DNA of 62,469 bases, counting the filler, from Choristocarpus tenellus KU-1152 (Eukaryota > Protista > Phaeophyceae): assembly GCA_964200185.2 (NCBI GenBank). It is 12 parts of 12 records of this genome, joined end to end, with 100 filler letters (N's around TTAATTAATTAA, not from the genome) between each part and the next. Parts side by side here need not be neighbours in the genome. Positions count along the whole stretch, not along the records: positions 47,189 to 54,066 come from CAXNAD020007156.1; positions 54,167 to 59,498 come from CAXNAD020011124.1; positions 59,599 to 62,469 come from CAXNAD020024048.1; 9 more parts are not named here. One strand, 5' to 3'. Positions 50,301 through 60,749 of this stretch are shown here, one piece after another (the first letter of the stretch is position 1; each line of letters opens with the position of its first letter). The notes under the pieces are model-generated. The model was not told the origin of the DNA. It did no database searches and saw only the letters and a program-made list of their open reading frames with translations. Both the position numbers and the translations under genes were made by a program.

Positions 50301-52947
50301 ACGCCCTGGTAGACCTCATTTTGATAAGGACTCGAGGCTTCGGTTCAAATCTGAAGCGACCCTCTTCAAAATAGTTTCAGATGAGCTCATACCATGTCCC
50401 AAATACAGCTCCCTATGACCACCCCTCTACCCCACCAACATTGACCTTGCCCATTGTTGGTAGAGAGAAAAGCTCAATCAATATATGCCTTGAAGCCGGA
50501 CTTTAATTTCAATGGGTGTGAACCATGCTAACAAGGACTGCAACACATCCTAATTCAGGAGCTGACAGTTCTAGGTGACCTCCGGCTAGGTCGCCACCAG
50601 CAACATGGCACCACTGGTGCACCCCCTGCACTCCTTGCAGTGGGTTTGGGCGGAAAGGTCACCGTAGCTGATACTACCATGCTAGACCTCTCTGTTTCCA
50701 CATTGGTCTGTGCAAAGGGAATTACTACTGGAGGAGAACTGTCTGCCACTTCTGCAGTTGTCACAGGCGAAATGCATGCCAACTCTGTATCTGTGGGGGC
50801 CGGGGGAATAATCATGACCGGTCACAAGACCACACGACTGGGCGGGACAGTGGGGATAGAAGGAGGGATCAAGATGGGAGGAGGGTTGATAAGTGATGCT
50901 ATCCTGAGAGATGTGGAGGTTGAAGGTGCCCTACGAGGGGAACTGGAGGTCGAAGGAGGATTGTCTGTAGGAGGACTGGCAGTAGGTGGGGGGGAATCTG
51001 TCCATGAAATTAAGCAAGAACAGCGGTTAGTTGTGGCTGGACGACAAGGGGAGCTAAGGGCAGCTCCAGGTTTGAGATACAATGATTTAGAGGGCACGCT
51101 TGTGACAAGCAAGATCTCAGGCCATGAGGTAAAGTCTTGACATGGGGCAAAGTACCTTAGAGGGTGGAACCACATCCATTTGGGGGCCAAAATCCAATGT
51201 TGCAATTTTGATGTAATTTTGACTATCGTGTTTGTTTGGAGATGTTAATATCCTTCTTATGGACATACCTTTTCATAGCGTAGACATTTTCCCTACTCCA
51301 AAATGTCTTGGAGTAGGTAAAATGTAATTAAAAACCCATGGGAAGCCAAGCCTCAAATGGACAAACAGGGCAAAACTCGTACCCTCCAAGATACTTTCAC
51401 TCCATGCCGCCCTTTTTGTGCTCCTTGAAAATATTCCATGGTTACAATAATTTCTTGATTGATAACTCTTGATAGTACAGCTTTTAAACCCCCTTTCTCA
51501 GCAATATATCGACTTTCATTACCATACTATTAGACCAACAGCTTTCTCTCATGCTTTTCCTCTCCGTCTTCCCCCCGCCCCTGCCCCAAATACACGCCTG
51601 CAAAGGTGACAGGATCAGTGAAATTTTCAGGACATGCCCTGGTTGCCCCAGCTCTTAACTTTGAGGAGGGAGGGGGAATAGATGGCCTCAGGAAACTGTC
51701 AATCTCCGGCCCTCTATCGGTTGGTGGCAATCTTACCGTTGCCAATGACTTCTCTTCGCATGGCTCCCTGTCTGTATCGGAGGGTTTGTCAGTAGGTGCA
51801 GAATTGAAAGTAGAGGGTTCAATATCAGTAGAGAGTGTCCTCCTTGCAGCCTCGGATGTGACAGTGGAGGGATCTCTCTCTGCTGGTGGCACAGTGATGG
51901 GGAGGGGACCATATATGGACAGCTCAGATGAGCGACTCAAGAGGGATGTGAAACGTATTGATGCGGAGGAGGCAGTAAGAGCAGTAAGAAAGATGAGGTG
52001 GGTACCAGTTGGCCTGGTGATAAGTTGGTCAATAAGGAATGCAAAAGGAGGTACAATGTAGTTGATGCACTCAAGTAGTGTGTTGGTCTGTAGTACTTTC
52101 TACCCATAGATTTGTAGCTAACTTTATAAATGCAACCCCCCCTCCTCTCCACGTCCATCTCTCATGTTCGACCATCATCACAACCTTCAGGGGAGTTACA
52201 TATTCACTCCGTCAGGATGAGTTTCCCTCCTTCAACTTTCCTGCGGGCCAGCACATGGGATTCATAGCACAGGAGGTAGAGACTGCTATGCCAGGAATGG
52301 GACTGGTTTCTGAGGATACCCACGGCTTCAAGGTGGTGGCATACTCACGGATAATTCCACTACTCGTTGAAGCCTTGGGTACAGTGCTTAACTGCAGTCA
52401 CAATGATGAAGATGAAGGAATTGGCTCTGGGAGGGGCTTAGGCTGCTGCTGTTGTGGTGAAAAGCTAGAAAATAATTACAAACAAGAAGGAGATCTTGGA
52501 GGATATGGATATGCTGATTGGGCAAGGAAAGAGGAAGAGGAGGAACAGTATGTCCTTGAAGGTAGTGGTAGGGCCAACATGACCGCTCAGCACCAGAATC
52601 GCCATAGAAGTGGTGTTGGAATAGATGAGGAAGAGGGGGGACGAGACTCACAACAAGACCAGCGTGGCAGACACGGAGGCAATGAAGAGGACAGTCTCAG
52701 GGCATGGGCTGGAGCTGATAATAAAGTGATGGCAAGTTCGACGAAGGGAGATAGTACAAAGATGACCATGGGGGGGGGACATGATCGAAGTAAGGAAGTT
52801 GCTGCCTTACAAACCAGGGTAGCAGAACTGGCCACTGAGCTCGAGGAGCTTAGGAGTAACCTGGAAGCACTAGTATGGGGGTCTGGATCTCTGCCCACCA
52901 CATATTCTGAGGAGATATTAGAACACAGTGAGGAAGTTGTCATTTAG
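47386..52947 (+). CDS. Spliced phage tail-fibre/tailspike-like protein with C-terminal Peptidase S74 (intramolecular chaperone autocleavage) domain; at least 8 exons, 909 aa visible, 5' end off the contig
   Basis: Exons 47386-47527, 48007-48093, 48477-48680, 49269-49567, 49890-50169, 50559-51128, 51606-51997 and 52191-52947 join with consistent phases, GT-AG ends and no stops. It contains SDERLKRDV...VRKMRGVTY...MGFIAQEVE...LV...VAYSRIIPLLVEAL, a terminal coiled coil, and upstream Gly/Val-rich beta repeats. Confidence 0.88.
51144..51402. mobile_element. MITE family 1, in an intron of the S74 gene, 15 nt from the donor
   Basis: GGGGCAAAGTACCTTAGAGGGT...GATACTTTCACTC; TSD CAT/CAT. Confidence 0.92.
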
Positions 52948-54447
52948 AAAGGTAAATTTCATTATTCCTTTGGATAGATTGATTCGCACGAGCTCGGAAG
53001 AATGTGGAGGAAGCTGGAGGGCGTTCCTGTTGACATTGAGCTCATAGTCTATTAGCCACAGTACTGCATGAGAGCAGGGGGTGGAGGTGTTGAGGGGAGC
53101 TGTATAAGAAAGAGGCTTTTTTCTGTAGTTTCGAAGTAGTAGTAGCAGGGATCAGGGGAATGATAGCAAGTAGATGTACTGTAATGCAGGAGTATAGCGA
53201 GATGAAGTATATTTGAGCCACCTTCTTCTTCATGCACCTTCTTCTTCGGGTGGGAAATCACTTCAAGTGCCTGAATTTTCCCTCTGTTGGATAGGCATTG
53301 GTGTGGTCTGTATCGGAGTATATGCAAACAACTAATATGGAGTATGTAAAATATTACTATATTAGTAGCGACTTCTCTCCTAGGGGAGTCGATAAATAGG
53401 AATAGGGTCAACAGTCCAGCTCTTCAATCTTGGTTGAGCAAGGTGAGACTCCAAAGTAGAGTAAACACTGTGTATATGCTAAAAAAAGTTGGGGGTGCTT
53501 GAATAGATAGTAGTGAGGGCTGCTTCCTAATCTCTTCTATGTGTGTAAACTTTTCCTTTTCACTTTGCTTGGGAAATGTGCAAATATTTTCAGCCTTGAA
53601 GGGTGGCTCAATTCTCTACTGAATGCAGAATTTTCTTCTCCTCACCATTATTGGCGACATTTTAGATCCCAGTTAGCGAATGGGCTGGTGCACCAGTGAA
53701 CTTTGCAAGGGGTGTTATTTGCAAAGGTTTCATTGTGCAACTTCAGAGAAGATAACAGGATGTGCATGGTGTGGCTGGAGACAGCACTACTGTTTTTTTT
53801 GGCTTCACCAGATACTGATGACCCATGGTTGGTGGTGATATGGGGGCGCCTGTAACAGATATGTCCATCCTGTAATATTTCGTACTCTGGCAGACTATCC
53901 ATGGCTAAGAACATCTCCACAACTCACAATTGAATATTTTTACATCTATGTGCCATGATGTACTTACTCTGCACTCAACCTTTCTGTATTTGGGTATCAC
54001 CCTAAACAGGGATTTCTCAAAATTGAGGATGGTGCAGGACTATGAGGATGGTTGTTTGCGAAAACGNNNNNNNNNNNNNNNNNNNNNNNNNNNNNNNNNN
54101 NNNNNNNNNNTTAATTAATTAANNNNNNNNNNNNNNNNNNNNNNNNNNNNNNNNNNNNNNNNNNNNACCCCAAATGGACAGCCGCCACCCCCTCCCAGAT
54201 ACTTTGAGCCTCATACTTTGAAGCATCCCATAAAAATAACAAGGATCAGATAGATACACATGTATCACCAGACAAGTTTAAGGTGGTCTAGAAATGAGGG
54301 AAAAATTCCAGAGGTCGGTCGTCAGGCCCCGCTTGGTCCGCCTATCATCACGTACCGTACAATGTAAAGTTTCGAATGACTGGTACAGTAGAGTAATATA
54401 TTTATTGTTTTCAAGTAGATTTGAGGTAAAAGTTGCAAGTTCAATAC

Positions 54448-55289
54448 CAGGGGGTTTTCGCGAAGTGCCACCCCCAGCCATGTTTCCAGTGCCATCATCT
54501 CTCCAAAGAAAGCAGTATCATAGCTGTGGAAACAGTTGAGAGAAACCCGACGTATTGTGTGTAAGCGTAGTATTGGAGAACGGTTTGCAAGTCTGTGGAA
54601 CGACTACACTCGGAATACGAACGACGAATCTTCGATCAGGACACTTTTTTGTATCGTTTTTTCGTGAGCCCAAGACAGCATGTAAGACCATTTCATGCAG
54701 TGAGAGATAGATATGTGCTCTGGAGTGGGACCCTAGTTGCAGTTGTGATATCAAAAATTAGGCATACTCTATCACGGAATATCTATTCCCTACATCGACA
54801 CATTAGTTCCATCATTCTTTCCTTATTTTCTTGTATCTATTAATCTATCCCCACCGAATGCTAGTCAACAAGCGAGAAGCACTCCCCCAATCTTAGTCGA
54901 CCCTGAAAGATATCAAATAGAAATTACTTGCTCAGTTTGTTTAAGAACTTCGATTTTCTCCTTCAATCATGAACGAACCTCAAGAAATCAACCCCAAGCT
55001 CGATCCGCCGCAGGAGTCCAACGCCGAACTTACTCCAACCGAATTATTACCTAATCTTGAGGAGGTAGTCGAGACCTCTCCAGATGAATACATCGTCCTT
55101 CTTTGACTCGACGATCAGCCTCACTACCTTCACAGTAGTCCTGCGCAAGGCGACAAGCAAATGGCACACAGCAGAACCTCTTCCAGTGATGGTTGTTTGA
55201 TCTACAGCTGCCACCCTCTCCAAGATAGCCTCCCTCACAGAGATCCAATCCTCAATACGCTTTGGATGCTTCAGCTGAGCTGTCGACAT
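54448..55289 (-). CDS. First two exons of a conserved protist protein of unknown function
   Basis: Exon 55289-55051 (ATG...FIWRGLDYLLKI) and exon 54523-54448 (S-YDTAFFGEMMALETWLGVALRENPL) join at phase 2. The FxWxGxxYLLK...WLG..L..NP pattern is recalled from uncharacterised protist proteins. Confidence 0.6.
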
Positions 55290-55412
55290 TGTGTTGGAGG
55301 AAAAATTAACCTACCCACAAGGGATTTGGAGGGAAGAAATGCAGCCCCCTTATTAGGACCCATGCGCTGTTGTAGGTTGATCTTTTGATCTTTGAGTTGA
55401 CCATTTTACAAA

Positions 55413-58400
55413 ATGGTGGTGACACGTAAGATTCTACTATTACTAACCAATAGTTTTAAACTTGAAAAAATGAAAAAAGCGAAACGCTCATGCCACCACT
55501 ATGGAATAAATGGTGGACGACATGCTATGACCTCAATACCAGGTACCCAAGACAAGGGCAAACGGGGATCTACACTTGCCAAAATTCGAAGGAAGGTGGT
55601 GAGTACTTTAGCCAATATTGGTAAGTACCCGTTGTGGTGACTTCATGCCTTAGTCAATAAAGTGGCGCCCGATTTCCCCACTTCAGGACATTTCACCCGC
55701 AACTAAAGAGCTGCAAGAAACCTTCGCACTAAGAAGGATCCTTCTCAAGCACCATTCAAAGTCAGAGGTGAGATTTAGCTGCTACCAGGTTAACAGTGTT
55801 TGTACTGTCGATAATTGGCTATCGTTGTCAAGAGCAAAAGAAAAGTTTGCACTAGGTTTTCGGGGCCTACTTAACCCCAACTAACCGTCCCTCGTTTTTA
55901 CACAGGACGAATGCCATTTCGTAAAGAAGTACCTCAGCGAACGAACGACGATATGGAGAGAACCATTCTGGGCGCTAATCACCCCAGGGGAAAAGCTCGA
56001 AGTAGCTCAGGGGGCGAAACTACGCGTCGTTCAGGGAAAAGAGCCAGAGGACTTTGTATCATCAGATTCTACAGTGGAGTGTATGATCTACATGATGTTG
56101 AGGGGAAAGGCCTGCGTGCAGTGCTTTGATTGTCAGGCCCAGAAGGTCGAATTTGGGCCATGCGAGACGTTCGGTTACGTCCCTGTGCCCGAGGTATTGC
56201 AAGAAGAGGCCTCCCTGAACGTGAAGGCAGTCAAATCCAATCCGAGGAGCAAGGTTTACCGTGGTGAACGTGAGTACAGCGAGAGGCGACACACTGTCAC
56301 GAACGCTGGCAGGATACGAGTGAAAATCTCGGTTGGGAATCAGTACCTCACCATCAATGGAGCGGACGTTGCTCCTATCCTGAAAAGACAGGCTGATAAA
56401 CATCAGAGGTGAGTGCATCGTTGCTACGCGCTCTTAACACGAATATTATGCTCAGTACAAGTGGAACGAATATAATACAGATGGAATGACACTCTGCACA
56501 TCCTTCCATTGAGATGTCTCATCTATGCCCGATGTTCATGGAGGCGGACCTAGATTCCTAATTTATTTCCCAGTTATCACCATTAATTTCTTGGATAGGA
56601 ACTCCCTCCTAAAGGGGGTGGGCTTTGACCTCTTGGGCATGGGAGCCTACAACGAATCCAACAATGGCAAGAAACGAGATCCTCGGGAGCCACGGGAGCC
56701 TCTCATGAAGGAGGTACGTTACGGTGTGGGGTCAGTGCTGGTTGAAGAGGGCTCCGCTCCAACGATGGTCTTCATTATAGTGGAAGGGGAGTGTCGGATT
56801 GTCAAGGGCAAGACCCAACCCCCTCGCCCAACCTCTAGGAGAGAGCATGCTGTTACAGGGCCTGCTGTAAGGAGTGCCAGGTACAACCTCAACAGCAGTC
56901 AGGGCAAAAAGGTCAACATGCTATTGTCCAGTGGCTTTTCCACCCAGGTGCAATAAATTCTGGGACCCTACTGTTGACCTGATTGCACAATATGCTTTAA
57001 ATTTGATTCTCTTGTTGCGGTGTAATAGAAATAATATCAATGATAGGGTTGTTGTTCTGGTGTCGATATTTCTTGCCATTCAGAACTACTGCTGACCCTA
57101 TACACAAGAGGGAAGAGCTTAGGTGTCAACAAGACTCCAATTACAGTGCCGATATATTATTTACTTGGACGTAAGATTATTATTTAGGGCTCTAGACACA
57201 TTCTCTTGTGTTTTCTTCCATTTGGTGATACTGCTGGTAGATAATCTCATTACCGTATTGGGATTTGCAGATGCTCAAACCTTTCATTTCTTCGAACGAA
57301 AAATAGGACGGCAGCTGTATACAGCACATTAAATACTACATGCTTTGTGTTTCACTTGAAGAAGGGATTAATCACACTAAGGATTCCTACTAAGCACTTA
57401 CATTGTTATTATAACTCTCTCCACATACCAACGGCAATGGAGATACTCACAAGAGCACGACTTTCTGTAGTGTTGCATGACACACACACGACACATTGTT
57501 TGTGCAGTACTTTTCTATTTCTTAGCGGTTCTGGCTTAGGCAATCAACTATCAACTATCGCAGGTACTGTATGGCTACCCTGACAATGATTCAAAGCTGT
57601 CCACTATCCAGAAATACAATTTGTTACAGACAACACACACCCTAACACTATACATTTAGTTTGGCTTAACAGTGAATCACTGCTTACTACATGGTCGAGC
57701 CCTTGGGTTAATATACCACAAGCACCTTTGCATTTTATGATAGAAGATGTACACAGATACTATGTACCATCCCCAAGGAATACATCACTATCAGCATGAC
57801 ACAGATAACCTTCAAACTCATTGAATTGAAATATGACCCCTACATCCAACATCCTAATCAGTTCCCTCTGCGATAATGCAGTTAGATATATGTCAGCTGG
57901 GATCTCTTGGACCCAAGGCAATCATAGGAGACATCCCAGTGCTGCTTGGTGGTGTTCAACCAGCATCTATTGTTGCCAAGACCCCCTTGACCGTGTTGCA
58001 GTGCAAGGCCGAAAAGTTCAGGGATCAGATGGACTACAATATTTTGGCGAAAAAAAGTGAGTCCCTCTTTGTCTTTGCCCTTACACATACCCACCTTGGT
58101 GCTCCCTGGAAGTCAACCTGCGGGATGTGCTTTGGAGATGAAATTGCCTGAGCATATCCTCAACTGTGGCTTGGTCTGAGGATGTATACACATGTTATGA
58201 TGTCCTTGATAAGTTTCACTATCACTGGTGCTTTACACTGGGCAATGATTTGCTAGTTGTGCCTTTGGCCTGCAAGCATCTTGCTCCTGTGCAAATTATA
58301 ATTTCGATAAGTATGCAGGATGTGAGGAAGTCTTGTCTTCAGATGTTCTTCCATTCTCTAGAAAAGTCGAAGATGTCTCTTCCTTTCTTTGTCGGAAAAA

Positions 58401-59498
58401 TATGTGAATCATCACTCATGGGTTTACCCCCTTGCTGCTGACAGATGGGAGCAGGGAGATTGACTGTGCAATAAAAATTGTATTGCATGGAAACATTGTA
58501 TTCCCTCTGTCCTGCTACAGCACACAACAGGTTGACTGTGATGGTTATATATGAACTTGGTGGGAATGCAGTCAGGATAACTCTCTCAGTTGCTTGCCTC
58601 AAGGCAAACAGGTTATGCTATCCAGATACTGTGACTGGATCAGCCTCACGCTCGATATCAAAATAAAAAAACTGTGTGAAGTAGCCTCCAGTGCATACTG
58701 CCTTGGTGGAAATAACTTAGAAAAAAGAGGTGTCCAGTTGGGACTAGCCTGGGATACCCCGCTGGGTCAGCAAAGTCGAAGGTGGTATGATAGTCATAGT
58801 TAACTCTCAGAACCCCCCCTCCTATCCATGAGACCATTGTGCTATCACAAGAAACTCTTTGACCTTTCCTGTTCTCTTCAACAGTGTACTTAGAAGGAGC
58901 ATTGGCAAGGAAGACAAGGATGGAGGACCGGGGGACTGAGGTGGATCGTATCATGTCCTTCAAGGGAATCCCTCTTCTGGTTGACATGGACCAACCAAGG
59001 GGTGGGAATTCTATAAGAACTGGTAGCAAAGGCCTGGATGAGGTCAATGGGGGGAGTGGGGTCACAGGATGTGCTGGTGAGCATAACAGTCAAACAGTAG
59101 AAATACAACCTTTTGGCACAGGGGTAGGTTCTGTTTCAGAGCCTAATTTGGGACCAGCATCAATGGTACATTCCATTGACGCTGAGGGCAGGCAGGAGGG
59201 CACTGGCCCACTACTGCTTGAGCCTGCCATTGGAGAGAAGATGGACATTGGACAGGCCAGCGGACAAGGGCAAGATATGATGGTCGCCGCTAGTCAATTG
59301 CTGAACAACGGGCCATCACTGCCCTGTTTCTCAAGGTTGGAGCTCCATTCTGGGCTTGTGGCCTCAAGGGGGGATGTTTGTGGGACCAGTGTAGTAGAGG
59401 GCGTCTCCACTGCACATTGGAAGGGCTGTCAGGATGTGAGCCTGACCTCAGCCCATAGCATCAAATCTGCTCGTGCAGGAGTGGGAAAGTTAGGTGAT
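55413..59498 (+). CDS. Cyclic-nucleotide-binding (cNMP) domain protein, 5' six exons
   Basis: Exons ~55413-55598 (start codon uncertain), 55687-55767, 55906-56408, 56599-56911/56947, 57882-58056 and 58885-contig end are phase-consistent. Motifs: GSVLVEEGSAPTMVFIIVEGECRI and LGPKAIIGDIPVLLGGVQPASIVAKTPLTVL. Confidence 0.75.
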
Positions 59499-59618
59499 NN
59501 NNNNNNNNNNNNNNNNNNNNNNNNNNNNNNNNNNNNNNNNNNTTAATTAATTAANNNNNNNNNNNNNNNNNNNNNNNNNNNNNNNNNNNNNNNNNNNNCC
59601 CCCTAGATACTTTGGGTC

Positions 59619-60214
59619 AGGAGGCATAATGTGGCACCACAGTCAGAGCGGAAAAAATGCTACACCTGTGACAAGAAGGGACACTAGAGCAATAAATTTC
59701 CCACCAAGCACAAGGAGTGTGAGATCTGTGGGAAGATGGGGCATTTGGCAGCAACATGCCGTGAACGACATTGGGGTTCGGGAGACAGCGGTCATACTGC
59801 TGGTGGAGGTGCTGGCAATGATGGGGGCAACGATGGTCCCGATGGGAGGGAGAGTACTCAGAATTGTGCTTTGCATGGCACGAATGTTGGCACGAGATAC
59901 CAACATAAGGAGCGCTGGTCGTGACCAACAAGTCAACTTGTGATGTGGGGAAACCACCAGATGTAGAAGAATGGATTTTTGACACTGGTGCAAGTGGGCA
60001 CATGACAAATTCTTTCACTGGTGTACGAGGTTGGAAGAGGAATAACAGTGGAGACAAGGTGATTGTCGGAGATGGACAGGAACACGACATTGCTGGATGG
60101 GGCTGGATGGAGATGGTGCTGACATCAGCAGATGAGGAAGTGGAGTACAGTGTGACCATGAAAAAGGTTGCTGTGGTGCCCACAATAAACTACAACCTAT
60201 GTTCTGTTTGAACC
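59619..60214 (+). mobile_element. Decayed Copia gag-protease fragment
   Basis: Zinc knuckles CYTCDKKGH and CEICGKMGHLAATC; protease WIFDTGASGHMT...VPTINYNLCSV. Confidence 0.85.
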
Positions 60215-60472
60215 GAGTCAAAGTATCTTAGAGGGTAGGGCCACGTCCGTTTGGGGGCCAAAATCCAATGTTGCGATTTTGATGCAATTTTGACTATCGT
60301 GTTTGTTAGGAAGTGTCAATACCCTTGTTCCGGACATACATTTTCATAAGGTCTACATTTTACCTACTCCGAAACATTTCAGAGTAGGAAAATGTCATTA
60401 GAAAAACGTGGGAAGCCAAGCCCCAAACAGACAAATAGACCAAAACTCGTACCCTCTAAGATACTTTCGCTC
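60215..60472. mobile_element. MITE family 1, full copy
   Basis: GAGTCAAAGTATCTTAGAGGGTA...GATACTTTCGCTC; TSD ACC/ATC. Confidence 0.92.
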
Positions 60473-60749
60473 ATCTGGAAGACGTCAGGGTGACAGAGTA
60501 TTGTGAGGTCTCATTCGTTAATAGTTGAGGGAAATCATGACCTGGATGAGGTTAATGGATTCTGGGCTACTTGCATAGGGTTCTACCTCAACAAACCTCC
60601 ACTGGATTAATAGTCACATCAAAGGCTCGGTTAGACACCAACGAATTTCACTGATGCCTTGGCCATCCTCATGAACAGGTGACATGCAAGACTGCAACAA
60701 CCAATGGCATTGACCTCACTAGAACTTGGTAACCATGTGTTAGATGTTC

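Noticed and set aside
47386-52947. Prophage or bacterial contamination as the source of the S74 gene
   Set aside because: Seven spliceosomal introns, a host MITE inside one intron and no other phage genes show it is a resident nuclear gene.
58594-58803. Possible extra exon of the cNMP gene
   Set aside because: Exon 57882-58056 joins 58885 directly in phase (A|TG), and this segment's apparent acceptor is phase-incompatible.
5609-59598. Recurring TTAATTAATTAA palindrome flanked by Ns
   Set aside because: Artificial six-frame-stop linker. No gene-neighbourhood inference across spacers is valid.
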